The position numbers and the translations under genes are program-made. The notes under the pieces are model-generated. The model saw only the letters and a list, made by a program, of their open reading frames with translations, was not told the DNA's origin and made no database searches. Source: Spironucleus salmonicida (lineage: Eukaryota). From it: DNA of 64,000 bases. This document shows positions 27,236-41,870 of this stretch, piece by piece. Location: positions 1,633,197-1,697,196 of the forward strand of contig NC_090600.1 of the NCBI RefSeq assembly GCF_000497125.1. The letters are read 5' to 3'. Positions within the stretch are counted from its first letter, which is position 1. The number at the start of each line of letters is the position of its first letter.

Positions 27236-28663
27236 ATGAACTTTGGATGCAATAGATGTATTCTTTTAGAAGAACAGATATTAGAGTTACAGGAGTTGGT
27301 TACTTAGGAGTAACAAAAAAGAAATTAGACATCAATGATAGCAGAAATGTTAAGAGATACTTGCATGAATTAAATATAAGAAAATGAAAAGGAAATTTCT
27401 GAACTTAAAAATACAATATAAACTAAAGAAGAAATCGTTAACTCTCTTAACAGTTTAATAAATACATAAACGATCACAATGAAAGAAGTTGAAGACTAAA
27501 GTTTAAAAGTAACTATTGAATTTTAGAAATCAGTAGCTGACTAATCCAACAAACATGAAGAAATCAAATTACAGAAAATTATTTTAGAAGAATAAAACAG
27601 TAAGAATTTTAATATTATTACCGAGTTGTAATAATAAAAAACGAATCTTGAATAAACTCTAAATACTTAAGAAGTTTTATTTAAAGAATAAGCTGATAAA
27701 TTAACAGAAACCACTAACTTTATTGCAGAAAATGATATAAAGAATGAGTAAAGATTCAAGACAATATTAGCAGACAAAGAAAGATATTATATTGAATAAA
27801 TTGCCGATTTAAAATAAAACAAAAATTAACTTTATTCCGAAAAAACTTAATTATATCAAACTTTATCTGATAGTAAGCAGTAACTGCAAAAGTAGTAGTC
27901 ATAAATTTAAATTTACGAGCAATAATTTGAAGACTCAAATAATTTATTAGTAAACCAGAACATTCAAATAAAAGAATTGGCTGAATAGCTTTCATATATA
28001 TAAAAAAGTTTAAAGATTTCTAATGAAAAAATCGAGTAAATCGAAAAGGAGAAAGATCTTACCACTTCTTTATTACAAACTACATAAATTGAGTAATAAT
28101 AGGTTTAACATAGTCAGATTACGGCAAAATAATATTAACTAGAAATGGAAAATGAGAAAACTTAAAAATTAGAATTACTGAATGCTAACATTACACTTAA
28201 TGATGTTCTTATGAGTAAAGATGAATAAATTTCTCGGTTAACTATTGAAATTACCAAGCTAAATACTAAATTAACATAGTATTAACGAAATGATATTTTA
28301 GCATGTAACCAGATTGATATTAATGTACAAAGATTAACTTAATACTATCAAAATGCAATAACCAAAGTAATAGAAGGACATGAATTTGTAGCAAAGGCTT
28401 CGTCAAGTTTTGAAACAAAATTATAAATACTAGGTGAGGAATTGGGAGAATTTACTACATTAAGCTAGATTAAAGAGTTTATTATTTATAATTTTGATGA
28501 AAGAGTAAGCATTCTAATCTAAAATATATTAACTATGGATTTGTATAGCGAAAAAATTGAAAGAAAGGGTATATGCAAAATGAAGTGCTTCCCATTTGAT
28601 TCTTGTGGAGGTACCTATGAGTTAATTATTGTTTTAGCTTTTCTATTATGGGTGCAAATGTGA
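27236..28663 (+). CDS. Coiled-coil protein with C-terminal hydrophobic tail
   Basis: E/Q/K/L-rich; ends CFPFDSCGGTYELIIVLAFLLWVQM*. Confidence 0.72.
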
Positions 28664-29320
28664 TATTTTGATATTTATCTTTAATTCACTATTCCTAGAT
28701 AATAATTTGTATTAAATTTAATTGTTTACTTAGTTAAATATAAAATTAGCAATGATTATCAAATATTTTACTTAGTGCTAAACTAATTGTTCATATTTTC
28801 GTATTGTCTATAGTAGATAACTTATACTTATATACTGTGTAACTAAGACTATAGATTCTCTTATAAAACATTACTAGTTAAATAGATGTATCAAATTTAT
28901 TCAACTAATAATGTGTTACTATATGAACTATTAATAAAATATTTATTTAATAGATAGAAATAAAATATGTTATAAAATACTAAACGTATTGAACTGATAT
29001 ACAAATAGCTATTATTTCATTTTCTTAATTTAAACCAAAACATAAAATAATTTATTTCCAATAGTAGATTAAATCTATGTAAATATATTTTCTTAAATAA
29101 CACTTATTGATAAATAGTATAATTTCTTTTAAAATAACTTATTGGTAATACCTCTGCTTTTAATTATCTATATAACGAGTTGCCAACTATAAATATATAT
29201 AACAATAGTTTAACTAAAGTCTATGTTTTATTGTAATCTATCAATTAGTATACATTATCAGTATAATTATTTTGTAGTTTATTTTATAATTTTTTAATGA
29301 AAATAAATTGTAAGAATCAT

Positions 29321-29965
29321 TCAAGACATCTGTTATATTTATTTTACATCATTACATACATATGATATCAGTTCCTCAATACCCCAGTCATCTAGCAAGT
29401 ATACAGTTGTATGAACTTCACCATACCATTCATTCCATCCGATAATGCTAATTTCTTTATCTTCTTAAACTTATAATGATTACCATATTTTTTTCAAATT
29501 ATAATAATAATCCTTATAATCTTATGATTCCAAAAATAATTTATAATCTAATATACCAATAAAAACTCTTTCCATCCTTACCAGCTAGTTTTAAGAAAAT
29601 AATGAAGTACAAAGGCTGAAGCTTTTTGTACTGCATGACACATCATCCCATGTCTTTGAAGCAAGCACAATAGCAGTGAAAACAATTTTATAAAAGTTTG
29701 TTTACGAAAGATTTACTTAGGTATGCGCTTAAAATTAATCAATATAGATCAATGCTGCTATTAGACACTCTGGTTCAATTTATGCCTTTCGGAAGAGCTT
29801 GTAAATAAAAAGATAGATATCGTTAAAGGATACTGAGCAACTCTACCCTTCAAAAACGTCTAATAACTTGGTAACTTATTTTTATGACCCTCTTAGTTAA
29901 GACTACACAAGCTTAGAATATAAAACACACGTTATACCTTTGACAGTTTAATTAAGTCTTTGCAT
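29321..29965 (-). CDS. Cyclin Y/Pho80-like cyclin
   Basis: IYLFIYKLFRKAQIEPECLIAALIYID, IVLASKTWDD, MERVFIGILDYKL..DYYYNL. Confidence 0.88.
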
Positions 29966-30092
29966 TTAATAGAAATGTAGATATTCGAATGACTACTTTT
30001 CGTTAGGAAACTGAAAACGTTTCAAATGATTATTTATATATTAGTATATTTTTATTTTATTGTATTTTACAAAATTATAACTATCGAAAAAA

Positions 30093-31907
30093 ATGAAACA
30101 TGAAACTTCAACAATCGACTCGATGCAGCAGTCAGAATCAGTGTCAGTTATAGTATAGAAATACAGAGATAAATACTAATCATCCCTGAGCGATGATTCA
30201 AAAAGCTCGTAACAGTCATAAGAGCACAAATTTTAGCCAGCGTAACCGCCAACAAAACAGTCTGCTCACCCATTATCCATCTCTAACTTTTAAGAAGACA
30301 GCTCTCCTAAAGAAACGCTCTGTTTGACTGCTATTTAGTCAACGAGTTCATCTAAAGTACTCGAAAGCCAACTAAAACAGCCAGAACCTACAAATTCGCA
30401 GCCTATATTATTACCAACCGTCACTTAGCTTATTTTTACGCAGATAGAGGACCTTAGAAGCGAGGTTAAGGCCCTAAGGCTCGAAAATCAAAACCAGGCG
30501 CTAGAGCTCAGGAGATTGTCCCAAAGGCCTGCATTTCAGACACAGCCTCAGCGGATCGACACGACAGAGGTAACGAAACTAGCACTCTAGACCTTCGTCG
30601 TCCAACAGTTTGAGAATTATAAAAGCAGCATTGAAAGGGACCTTTTTGAACTCAACCAACATGCCAAGCGGTCAGTTTACGACCGGACCGCTTGCGTGAA
30701 CTCAGGAGTTTTCTATGAGCAGGTCCTGCGTCGGTTGGTCTGCGTTGAGAGCGCCGTGTAGGCCAAGGGTGAGATGCAGGATCAGGAAATGCAGCTGATG
30801 CAGAACCAGATTGACAGCTGCGCATAGGTCGTCCAGGCTAACTTTTTATCTCACAAAAAAGCGGTGCAGATTGTTGCAGACCTGTCGGACGGCAAATTTC
30901 AGGAGGTAAAGAGGGCTAACAGGAGTCTCAAAGGTCAGATTCGGGTTTGCAGGAAAATCGTAAAAAAATCACATGCGATCCTAGCAAAGGAGATGGAAAT
31001 GATCAAAGCGGAGTTTCATGGGACGATTTAGCGGGTTTAAGAGTTCGCTGAAAGCGCGAACTCTAACTGCCAGAACCAACGTTAGTTTATGGATAAAATC
31101 AGCAGCGAAATTGGAGTTAAAAGCAAGATAGAGGAGCAGTTTAGAAATGGAATTAACAAGATTTAGGAGGAGCTGGTTTAGCGAATATAAAGTGCTGAGT
31201 AAGATATATAGGGGTTATTTGGGGTTCGTGGAATTAGCGTTTAGTAGTCAGAGAAAATTGTCAGAGAAGCTAGGTTAGAGCAAATTCAGCATAGAGAGGA
31301 TATTTTAGTATAAGATACCAAAGTAGAAAATTAAAAATAAATAGTTAAGAATATATTATAGCAATCAAAGGATGAGAAAAAGGAAGCTGATTAACAAGAT
31401 TAAAAAGGTTATGGAGCAAACGATCCAATTAGAGCACAGAAGCTTACTATTTACAATAAATAAACGTCACTATTAGATAATTCTTAGCTTTTAGATAAGG
31501 AATATTTATATTAAACCCCATTTAATGCTAGTATCGAAGAAGAGTCTTGTACCGAATATGCAAAAGATGCCCATTATGGTTAACATTAAAAACTTTAGTA
31601 TTAACCATTCAATAATATTCCATATAATACAGATTACGGAGATAAAAAATCATAAAAGTTATTGAAAAGTGATATTTAAAAAATTAATAAAGCTGTTCGA
31701 AGCCCAAGCTTGGGCAAGGTTGATCTGAAGCGAGTTATTAAAAATATGTAGAAAATGAACCCATTAGAACCTGAGATTTACAAAGGTAGTAAAAGTAAAT
31801 AATATAAAAGAGATAACATTGATGATATTTTAAATAAAATAGATAACATGAAGCGGCGGGTAGGTCAAAAAGAAATATATTAAATGTATAGCGATTCAGA
31901 TGATTGA
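30093..31907 (+). CDS. Hypothetical coiled-coil protein (604 aa)
   Basis: MKHETSTIDSMQQ...IEDLRSEVKALRLENQ...YSDSDD*. Confidence 0.75.
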
Positions 31908-31915
31908 TATGTATT

Positions 31916-33439
31916 TCACTCTAATTCTTCATCAATATCATCATTAACATTACCATCTAGCATGTCCATTAGTAGTTCTCTACAACGTTATTAGCATTTT
32001 CGCAGTTATTCTAAAATATCGCTGTTTGTACCTTTCATACTATATAAAGTGCCTAAAGTAGCTTCAATTACACTCATCAACATTCTTCCAGCGACAAGAC
32101 AACCTTATTAATATTAAAATCCTTAAGTATTTATTTACTATAAACTATCCTATTGGCTGAATTAGTCTCCATTATCATACAACTTTGTTGCATTACCTAC
32201 ACCACCAGTTTATACTAATTATCTCAGCATTCTAACTTCATCCTATAGAAATTTTAAATTGTTGTTACTCTGAACCTGGTGCTCATCTCCCATTTTAACA
32301 ATTATTTTTTTAGATATTGATTTTTTATCAAGAACATTTTCATATAAATCCTTATATTTTTAGCATAATGCTCTTAATCTCTTAATCTGTTCTTCTAGTT
32401 AAACAAGCGAATATGGTTTTTATAAAAGTAATTTACGATTAAGGTTTTCAATTTCTTTATTTTGCTTATTAAGTTTTTGGTTTATATCGTATGATTTTAA
32501 ATTCTAACAGTATTCATGAAATGTAGCAGATAATTAAACTAAAAGTTAGTTTGCTTCTGAAGTTTTTATAGTTACACCATTTATTCTTTATAACTTAGTG
32601 AAATTTTAAATTATGTTCAATGCTTTTCTAGGAATAAAGTCAATATTTTGCATGTTAAATTACTATTCCTGAATAATATAAGTCTTTTTAAGTTCTAAAT
32701 CATTTTCATTTGCCATATCTTGCTAAATTTTGTCTAAATATGCCTAAAAACTAACAAAACTTTCATCTTGATCTTTTTGTTTTAAATCTAACATATTAGC
32801 ATTTTTATACATCTTTTAATACAAATCTCTTTTACTAAACTACGGTGCATTTATTTCATTTTAACATGTTAACAAAATCTACATACTACATTCATTTTAA
32901 TCAATAAAAACCGGTAATATCTCAGCATCTCCTGCTACTTGCAAATCTTTAAATATACGAACTGCATATTTAGGAATTTTGTTATTTTACTATCCTAAGA
33001 CATTGAGAATTTGTAATAAAGCCTAAATTGTTTTAATCAATACACGTGAAAATTCTTTTTCTTATTAACACTCTACCTCTGCCTATGTAATTGAGCGCTT
33101 TTATACTTCTGCAAGTTTTTCTATGTTTCTATCAAATACAACTTTCTATTTTGAGGAAAGCTGCAGTTGTTTATTTTCAGCTTAAAGCTAGACTATCTCT
33201 TATTCCTTCTAATAAAGTTAATTTTTAATTTTTCTAAGTTCTATATCACGTTAATCTGCTAATTAACGCATTGTAAGGGTTTCCTGGGCTAAGGACCGAG
33301 CGTCTGAGTGCGTTGAAAGGCGATTTCCTTCTAAAGTAGAGAGCAATTACTTAGTACGGGATTTATACTTTTCTTTTGATTCAGTTAGCTCTTAAACCAT
33401 CTTTTAAAGCCGTTCAATCTCTTATTCACCTTAATACAT
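31916..33439 (-). CDS. Hypothetical coiled-coil protein (~507 aa)
   Basis: MYQGEQEIERLQKMVQELTESKEKYK...; alternative in-frame ATG at 33454. Confidence 0.72.
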
Positions 33440-33516
33440 TTAACAAAAATTCATAAAGTTAAACATATTTTTCATATATAATAATGTGTGAATATAATAT
33501 ATTTTCCCCTTCCACA

Positions 33517-34239
33517 ATGGAGTACATACAACTCGTTGACAATTTAGTCGCTGATAACGTAGAGTCATAGGACGCATTATATTAACTCCTACCATTATCA
33601 GTTACACCTGCTATAGCTTCTTACGAGCTATCATCTCCCGATACGAAGCGCCAAAAAGCCGTAGATATTTTAGCTAAAACACTCGCACTAAAGATTGAAA
33701 TAGACTCACTTCAGAATCTTAGAATGGATTTATAAGAAGCATAAGATCTCTCAGGACACCTTAACATTGCCCTTTCGGAACTATTTCCGAATGCAATTTT
33801 ACATGAGTCGTTCTACTACTTCTAGCCACAGTTCCAAGATGCTGCGGCGTACCGAATCGAACAAGCACTACACGCTAGATAGCTGAATTCGAGGGACTAC
33901 TTCGATGCATTTTTGCTGCTAGAAACGGCGCTTAGCCATAGTGAGAACTCCGTTCTGCGTTTTAAGGCGTTGTTCGGAATCAATCACCCTGTAGCATTAG
34001 CGAATGCAAAAAAGAGCGATTTGGAACCTGAATACGAAAAAAACCAGAGAGCAATTGCCACAGAAGATATTCTGGCGAGCAAGGATCTAGGAAGATACGT
34101 TGTGGAAACTGGTATAAAATGCAAAAAATGCGAGAAAAAGACAGTCACAAGATAAGAGAAACAAAGCAGGTCAGCTGACGAAGCTACGACTATATTTTAT
34201 ACATGTTCGAGCTGTGGTTACAAATGGAGTGTAAATTGA
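33517..34239 (+). CDS. TFIIS: Transcription elongation factor TFIIS
   Basis: C-terminal zinc ribbon CKKC...QSRSADEATTIFYTCSSCGYKW. Confidence 0.88.
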
Positions 34240-34514
34240 AGGTTTTATTGACATATTTTTATATTTTTATATACAACTGACAGTTAGCGAGTAACCGTAT
34301 TGTTATGATTAAACATTAATTTGAGGAACTATAAATAGTATAATTGGTGCAATTTTATTGATTAAATTATCGGTAGTAGTTTAATGTAGTTAATTATAGT
34401 TCAATTCAATTCGTTGCATCGGCATAATGAATAAATTGAAATTTGACATAAACCAATATGCTTCTCATGATAAAGTCAGTCAAATGATAGTCTAATATAT
34501 AGTAAGAAATTCAT

Positions 34515-34898
34515 ATGCAGTGTTTTTAAGAACAATTGCGAACCTCTGAAATGAAATGGTTCGGCGAAGTAATTTTGCAGCGAATGTTTTTCAAGAGGAA
34601 ACGGTTTTTAGTTCTAATGGATCCACCTTGTAGTGTTTAAATATTTAGCACAGAGAGTTAGTTTTAGAATGGGAGATGCCCTAATGTGAGTTACAGTTTA
34701 ATAGGTGCTATTGCATCATTTATTGTTAAAGATGAAGATTTATGGGTAGTAAATCTATAGGTGGGTATAAAGAGGCTATAGATATGGAGCAAATATGAAG
34801 ATGATTTGAACAACATTGTTGTTTTCGTTAATCGTGTGGCAAGTCAATATTCTATAAAGTAAACATTGGAGGTTTAGGAAATTAATGATATTATATGA
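34515..34898 (+). CDS. Small PH-domain-like protein
   Basis: GEVILQRMFFKRKRFLVL...VQIF...SYSL pattern; domain call tentative. Confidence 0.5.
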
Positions 34899-34918
34899 GT
34901 AATTTGTGTATTTCGAAA

Positions 34919-36193
34919 ATGTTAGAAAATATTAATAAATTATTAAGGAAGACAATTCCTTCCACAGAGTTAAAAGATGTTATCTCCTTTACTACATTAA
35001 CATCTTTTTATATAATAATAAATGAATAAAAACATTCTGTATTGTATCATTATACGTTACCTTATGATCCTATTATAATACATTAATTTAATTTTAGGGT
35101 AGATAAGATGTTCATTCGTGATAATTTTTTATACTGTAAAGGACAAAATATTTACTAAAAGATGGATTTAAAAACGACTATTGTTTAATAGTTATATAAA
35201 TGTGAATATTTAACTACCAATTTTACTATTAGTGGTACTAGTATAAAGAATATTTTAACAAATTAGATTATTTATTAATTTGATAATGATGATATTATTA
35301 ATGTTTTTGAATAAGAGGTATCTTTGGCAGTTTAGACAAAAGATTAAATAATTTTTTATGCTAAAACCAAATCTAATCTTTATTTACGTTAAATATTATA
35401 GATTAAAGGAGAATGTTTTTAATATTAAAACCTAATATGTATTTTTGGAGATAGTTTTCTAGTTTATCAGGGTTTTGAATTTTAGAGAAAAATCGACTTA
35501 AATTTTAGCAATATAATTTAAATTGGTAACTAATTTTATTGTTCTCATAATGCTGATTTATACTAAATAATAATTGGTAATAATTTTAAGATTATAGTTA
35601 GAAACTTGAAAATTAATATTAAGTCAAATATTTACTTATCTAATGGAATATTATAATTTAGTAAGTTAAGAAATATGGATATAGTTGACTAGTTATTAAT
35701 AACTAAGCAAGACTTGGGCTAAAATATGAAAGGACTTTAATCAGATTTAAAATTTAATGATAGAAAATAAGAGCACTAATCAGCAATATAGTTAGAAATA
35801 TTAATAAAAAAATTATAACATATATTAAAGGGAGACTATTTATCATCTAATAATAACATTATTGATACATAACTGTTATTTTAAGATACAGTTAAAAATG
35901 TTTAGGAATGCTAAAAAACATTCTAAGTTGTAGATAATAATATAAAAGTTAGCAGTAATATCCAGTAACTTTATTAAAAATTAAATAATTATCCTATTAA
36001 GATATCAAAGTAAACTTAGAAATAAGAAGTATAATTAACCTAATAAATTTTAAGAATATATGATTTATTTGAATAAGTAGAAAAAATGCGTTAAAAAATA
36101 TTTATTGATGAATAATAATTTAGCCCAGAAATAATACTAGAAGACTTTGATGAAATAAAATTAATGGAAAGTTCAGTTCATAATCAAGAATGA
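34919..36193 (+). CDS. Hypothetical protein (424 aa)
   Basis: MLENINKLLRKTIPS...VHNQE*. Confidence 0.62.
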
Positions 36194-36233
36194 TTATTTA
36201 TCATATAATATCATATAATATCATAAAATTTAA

Positions 36234-37136
36234 ATGAATTTTATAGATCATTACTAACAGTTTTATACAAATTTACTTCATTCATTCAGATTAGTATAGT
36301 AATATCATGGCTTTGCACTGAGTGATCTTGTCGATAATTGGGGTTTGGAATTAAGAGAAATTTCAGTTGGCTTACCACTAGTAGCTTTCAATTCATTTAA
36401 ATTAAATATTATTTTAAAGAATATTGGTGATACTTTATTAAATCGCTTATTTGGAGGGTATTAATAGTGCTTTTGTGGTATTACAGCTGTGTAGTTCATA
36501 TTTTAGAATTAAAATATTAATAAATTGATATCTTGCTGTACAAAATGTTAAGGTACGCCAAAAATAGAAGATTATCCATTAATAATATTCAGCTCATTTT
36601 ACAGTCTAAAAGGGTAGGTATAAGATAATGTAATTTTAGACTAGGCAGAATATGAATTATAATCAGTTTATTGTTTTGATTTAAGTAATATTTTTAAAGC
36701 AGCTTTACATATTCAAAATGATGTGGTTGTGGCTTGTTATAATAATTGTGTAGAATTTTTAGATAAACGATTATTTGATTTGTATAAACTTGATAGTACT
36801 ATTGGACGTTGTTTTAAACTATTTGGCTATATTAAATATGCAGGTTATACTTTGAAAGATAAATATATAAATAGTACTATTAATATAGAGGATTAGTAAG
36901 TCCAAGATTAACAAATTTTATAAGAAATCCACAAATAGAAAGAAATTACTTAACCTCTTATAATAAATGAAGATTTTAATTTGAGAAGAAATGAAATTTA
37001 AAGGTGGAATATTAATGGAAACACATTATATGAATATTTTCCTATTGAAATGACTGATAACAAACACCATATACACCAATTTCCATTGAATAAAAAATTA
37101 AAGGAGTTATTAATAAAAAATTAAATAGTGTTTTGA
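36234..37136 (+). CDS. Hypothetical protein (300 aa)
   Basis: MNFIDHYQQFY...KNQIVF*. Confidence 0.6.
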
Positions 37137-37375
37137 TTACGATAATATATTAATTTTTATAGTATAGAAAATGCTAGTATTATTACCTAGGTTAAAACAA
37201 TTAGTAATCGATATACACTAATAGTGAATAGTAACTGTCGTACCATATTCATATGTTTAGAGTACTTGTATGTAAATATTGGATTGGTAAAGCTATGATC
37301 GATAAAGTCTTTAATAAATTTAACTGATTTACTTAATTATATATATATTAAATTTACATTCTATTCATAATCATA

Positions 37376-40249
37376 ATGATAACAAATTTCGCATAATCTT
37401 TTAGTCTTAACTAAAGTTAAGTCACAACGATGTCAAATTATATTATTACATCATTATTTAATTATATTTAAGTTTTTTAGTATAAAAATCGTTAGATTTA
37501 TTAATTTTAGCTGCTAAGTCTTCCGTCACCCCCTAGTATAATACATGCGGTTGAGGATAAAATTTTTGCTTTGTGCGATAATTATTTATACGTAACTGAA
37601 GTAAATAGATAAAGCTAATTTCTTAATACAGGTATAATGATCGATAGTTGCATATCAGTTGCAGTTATAAATAATACAATAGCCTTAGCCAATTTAAAAC
37701 GAATCGATATCTTTGATATAATTTCAGGTTAAAAGAAAATTAGTATTACAAGTGTCGAAGATATTGTTAAAGTTATTTCATGTGATGATTAATTTGCTTT
37801 TATTAGCTTGTAATCAGTAGGAATAATATTTGAGAGCACAAATAGTAAATACGTGGTTTAGCCTCATTTATAGCAAAATATTAAAGATAAAGCAAAGGAT
37901 ATAGAGTTTAAATATGTTGATTTAATTTATGATAAATGTTTGTATATTGTTAATTATGATGGTAAAACTATATTACTTGATAATAAATTGACTACATTGA
38001 GGTGGTAAAATATTGAGGAACTTAAATTTATAGCTTAAAATATTTTTAATGTTGATGGGAAGAGTATTATTTTATTTGATAATGGTGTTTTAAAGATAAA
38101 TAAACAAGATAATCTTTAGTTTTTAGGAAAAGTAGCTTTCTCTAAAATTAAAAATTGCTAGTATTTATCAAATTATTCAATTTTAAAGGGTATTGGTGTT
38201 TTTGGAGATATTATCCTAGTCCTTTCAAATGGAACAATAGTTTCTATTGCAGTTGAGATTGTGTAGGGGTCAAATGGTAAGGAGCGAGTAGGTACTGTAC
38301 AAAAAATATATGAACTTGGTGGAGGATTGAATTAATCAGCACAATCTTCATTGTACCATTAATTTGTAGCAAAATCTTCTAACAAATTAATGATAATTAG
38401 AGATTTAGATAACTAAAAAGACATGGCACTAGATTTACTACCATAATTTATTAAGCATATTTTCCTTAATGATGATGTTATATTAGGTATACATAAATCA
38501 TATAATGTAAAAGATTACCAAGTTCCAAATATATAAAATAGTTAGTTAGTATTATCATTTATAAATAGATTAAAGGCAGGTCCTGTTAAATTTTATGGAT
38601 TATAAAGTATTAATTAGACTGATTTTATTGATGTATTTGAATTAGATGATTATCTTTCAATAATGTTTGCAAATAAGAGCGGAAACATATCATCATTTAT
38701 ATTAAATATGACTTAAGATCTATAAGAAGTTATTACACATGATTTAAAAGCGGAACTACTTAATATTAAATAAATAGATATAAATAATTTTGCATATATT
38801 ACTAAAAATAATAAAGTAGTTATTCTTAATATTTAATCAAAAGAATCTACCTTATTTGTTAATCTAGACAAGTTTGCTAAAATTTTTTCATTGACAGTTG
38901 ATAAAGAAAAGAGGCTTATTATTATTGGTGTTATTTAAGAATTCATGGATAATAATATTATGATATACTAACCTAAAATATTTATATATTAAAAAGGGAG
39001 CCCGACGTTAATTTCAGCTATTTTGTTAACAGAAACATCCAATATTTAGGATTTACCAATAGAACATGATATTTTACTACTAAATATGAATAATTAAGCC
39101 GAGCAGCTTTGTTTTGCTATAATATATAAAAATTAATTACAAATACGATTACTGTGTAGTGGAATTATATTGGACATAATTGATATTAACTAAATAAATG
39201 TAACCGACTAAGTTTATATGTCTTTTTATTAGAATAAATTGAATTTAATATCAAACTAGTTTTATCTTCAATATTCAGGAATAACATTGGATACAATTTA
39301 AAGTTATATTGATGAAGGCTTAAATTATGAGCAAGCTTAACAAAAAACATAGTTATTTAATGAATTTGATGATACTTAATTCAATACTTAAATAAATAAC
39401 TCGTACAGTAAAGCAGTATCGTCCGCAAATACTACCAAAAGCCCAACCTTAGCTATTAATATTTAAAATGAGTCAGCTCCAACAGTATCTGAGATTTAAG
39501 ACGAATAGTTAAGGAATGGTTTAACTGAGTAAAAAATTTCCATTGTTAAGAAGTCAATAGCTGAAATGTCAAGCGATTTTGATGAAGATATTGAGAAAGT
39601 AGTTCAAGACACAATAAAAACTAGAAATAATGTCGATGATTTAGACGTATCTTAATTAAGCAATAAATAATCGGAAAGCTTAACATAAAATTTGTAAAGA
39701 GTTATTTAAAACATTTAAGTTATTAATGAAAATGATTATTTTCCAATTTTTAATTTAAGGCCTGATTAAGATTTAGAAATTGATGTAGAGATAGATAAGG
39801 CTTAAAATGAATAAATAGTTGGATCCAGTACATTGCTTAAGACTCCAATAACTCCAGTATATAGAGACTCTATTTCTAATGATTTTGACGATACAGTGAA
39901 AGAGATCACAGCTTCACAGCTAGTTAAATTAGAAAATTCTTAAACTACAATTTCAACAATACCAATTGAGTTAAATAACCAGTCTTTAACTATGTCAATA
40001 AGTCTCACAAGTACTTTAGTCTAGATGTAGTAAGTATTAAATTAGTAAATTTTGCTCGCAGAAACTTAGGATATAAATTTACAATCTATACCAGCTAATT
40101 AACGCAAAGAAGTTAAAAAACAAGTGGATTTGCTATAAAATACTATTAGACGAATCAATTTATTATATGATTTTGATGATGATGTTGAGAAAAAATTAGA
40201 AGAACTTACAAAGACACTTTTAGGAATGACAATAAAAAGTGATAAATGA
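37376..40249 (+). CDS. Large hypothetical protein, beta-rich (WD40-like) N-terminus, low-complexity linker, C-terminal helical region
   Basis: Long frame with short hydrophobic strand-like repeats; ends TLLGMTIKSDK*. Confidence 0.68.
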
Positions 40250-40288
40250 TATTTTTATAAGAAATATATATATTTATTTTTTACAATA

Positions 40289-40696
40289 ATGCGACAATTT
40301 TCAAAAGCAAAGTAGTATTATGGCATATCTGCACTGCGTCCATAATAAATACAAGAGCTAGATGACGTTGAGCTAATATTTCAGAGTATTAATAATAAAA
40401 ATCCATTTATATTAAATACATAAATTAATCAAGAATTGGATTTTGTACATTCAGATAATTAATTCAAAGATATAGTTAGAGAGAAACGAAAGCAATATTA
40501 TATTAGGCAAAATGAAACCAGGAAATATTAGTAACTACGAGATTCACATTAAATGGCTAAAAAATCATAGATTTTGCAATATGAAAAAAATAAGGTCAAT
40601 AATTTACTGAATTTTATTTAAAAAAAAATAAGGTAAGATCTAGATTTAACATACAAAATAAATAGATAGTATGCGCAGAGTAAAAAATTTTATTGA
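40289..40696 (+). CDS. Hypothetical basic protein (135 aa)
   Basis: MRQFSKAKQYYG...SKKFY*. Confidence 0.6.
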
Positions 40697-40736
40697 TTAA
40701 ATATAATTACCATTATATATAAGTTATTATGTAAAA

Positions 40737-41816
40737 ATGATAGTAAATAATAAATTGATGGTGGATCAATAGCAATTATAGCTTACTAACGAAAGTTTAC
40801 GATCTCTAGTATTCAAAATATATAATTCTAAACTATCATATCATGAGTTTCTAATAACCGAAGGGAGAATCCAACCATAATAGATACTTTAAATTCCGAT
40901 GATAGTAAATTCATCAATAAGCATGATTTCTTAACATTAATCATTTTAAGACGGATAGACACTGGTTTGGTGTTTTGATGATACTGAAAACACGGTGCTC
41001 TAGGTTTTGCGGCTGAAACAGCGAGATTTGAAAAAAATTGTTTTCCAACTAAGTAAAGAAATTAACAAACCTAAACAATCTTAATTATAAGAGATTCAAT
41101 TGCAATAAATTTCTAATTTGGTAAATAATTCGTCTTCAATAATTGATATTAATCTGCAGCCAATCTAACCGTAATAGCTTGTAAATAATTTCAATATATT
41201 TTCTGAAGATACAAAAAATGATATCATGTCATATTCTGGGATTTTTGACTAGGTAGAACTCAAAAATGAATCTATTCCAATTCATTAATTGTAGAATAAA
41301 TCAGAACTACAACAAAATATCAACAATGTAACGTAAAACTTTGCACCACTCAGTTTTCTCCCACCAAGACCTAATTCATTTGTGAACCTTATAGAACAGC
41401 ATACACCAACACAACTTAGACTAGAAGAGTAGAATATCTAGCGAAATTAGCATTTAGATGATTTAAACAGTGATGAAAACTAAAACAAAAAACATTAATA
41501 AGAATCAAATTTTCTTAAAATGTCAGATAGTGGAGATGGTTAAAATATAAAGAATGAAGAATCTGAAATCATCGGATTATAGTAGAAGATTTAGGATGTT
41601 GAGCTTGTGACTGCAAATCTTATTCTTCAGGCTGAATACGTATAAGAGATGGATTTGACACTAGATAAAATGGCTCAATAGATTAATAGGCTGACGAAAT
41701 AGATTGTTGGGAACAAAAGAATGATTGTACACGGCAGATTTGAGTAGTATTTGACGTGTTGTGTTCTAATTTCAGTAGTTTTAATTTTGAAGTTTTCTTA
41801 TAGACTAGATGAATGA
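40737..41816 (+). CDS. Protein with C-terminal SNARE-like coiled coil and TM segment
   Basis: IIGLQQKIQDVELVTANLILQAEYVQEMDLTLDKMAQQINRL followed by YLTCCVLISVVLIL. Confidence 0.55.
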
Positions 41817-41870
41817 ATATATAATAATATAAGTTTAATAATATACTTTTTCTTTTCTTTTCCTTTCGCA

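Noticed and set aside
28670-29310. Short ORFs in AT-rich gaps (also 16920-17470, 48320-48670, 50540-50920)
   Set aside because: No motifs; ORFs of this length are expected by chance with a single stop codon
36198-36226. Three copies of a 10-bp tatcatataa repeat
   Set aside because: Short AT-rich slippage repeat in a spacer with no evidence of function
36251-36260. tactaacag branch-point/acceptor-like word
   Set aside because: It lies inside an open frame with no matching upstream GT donor
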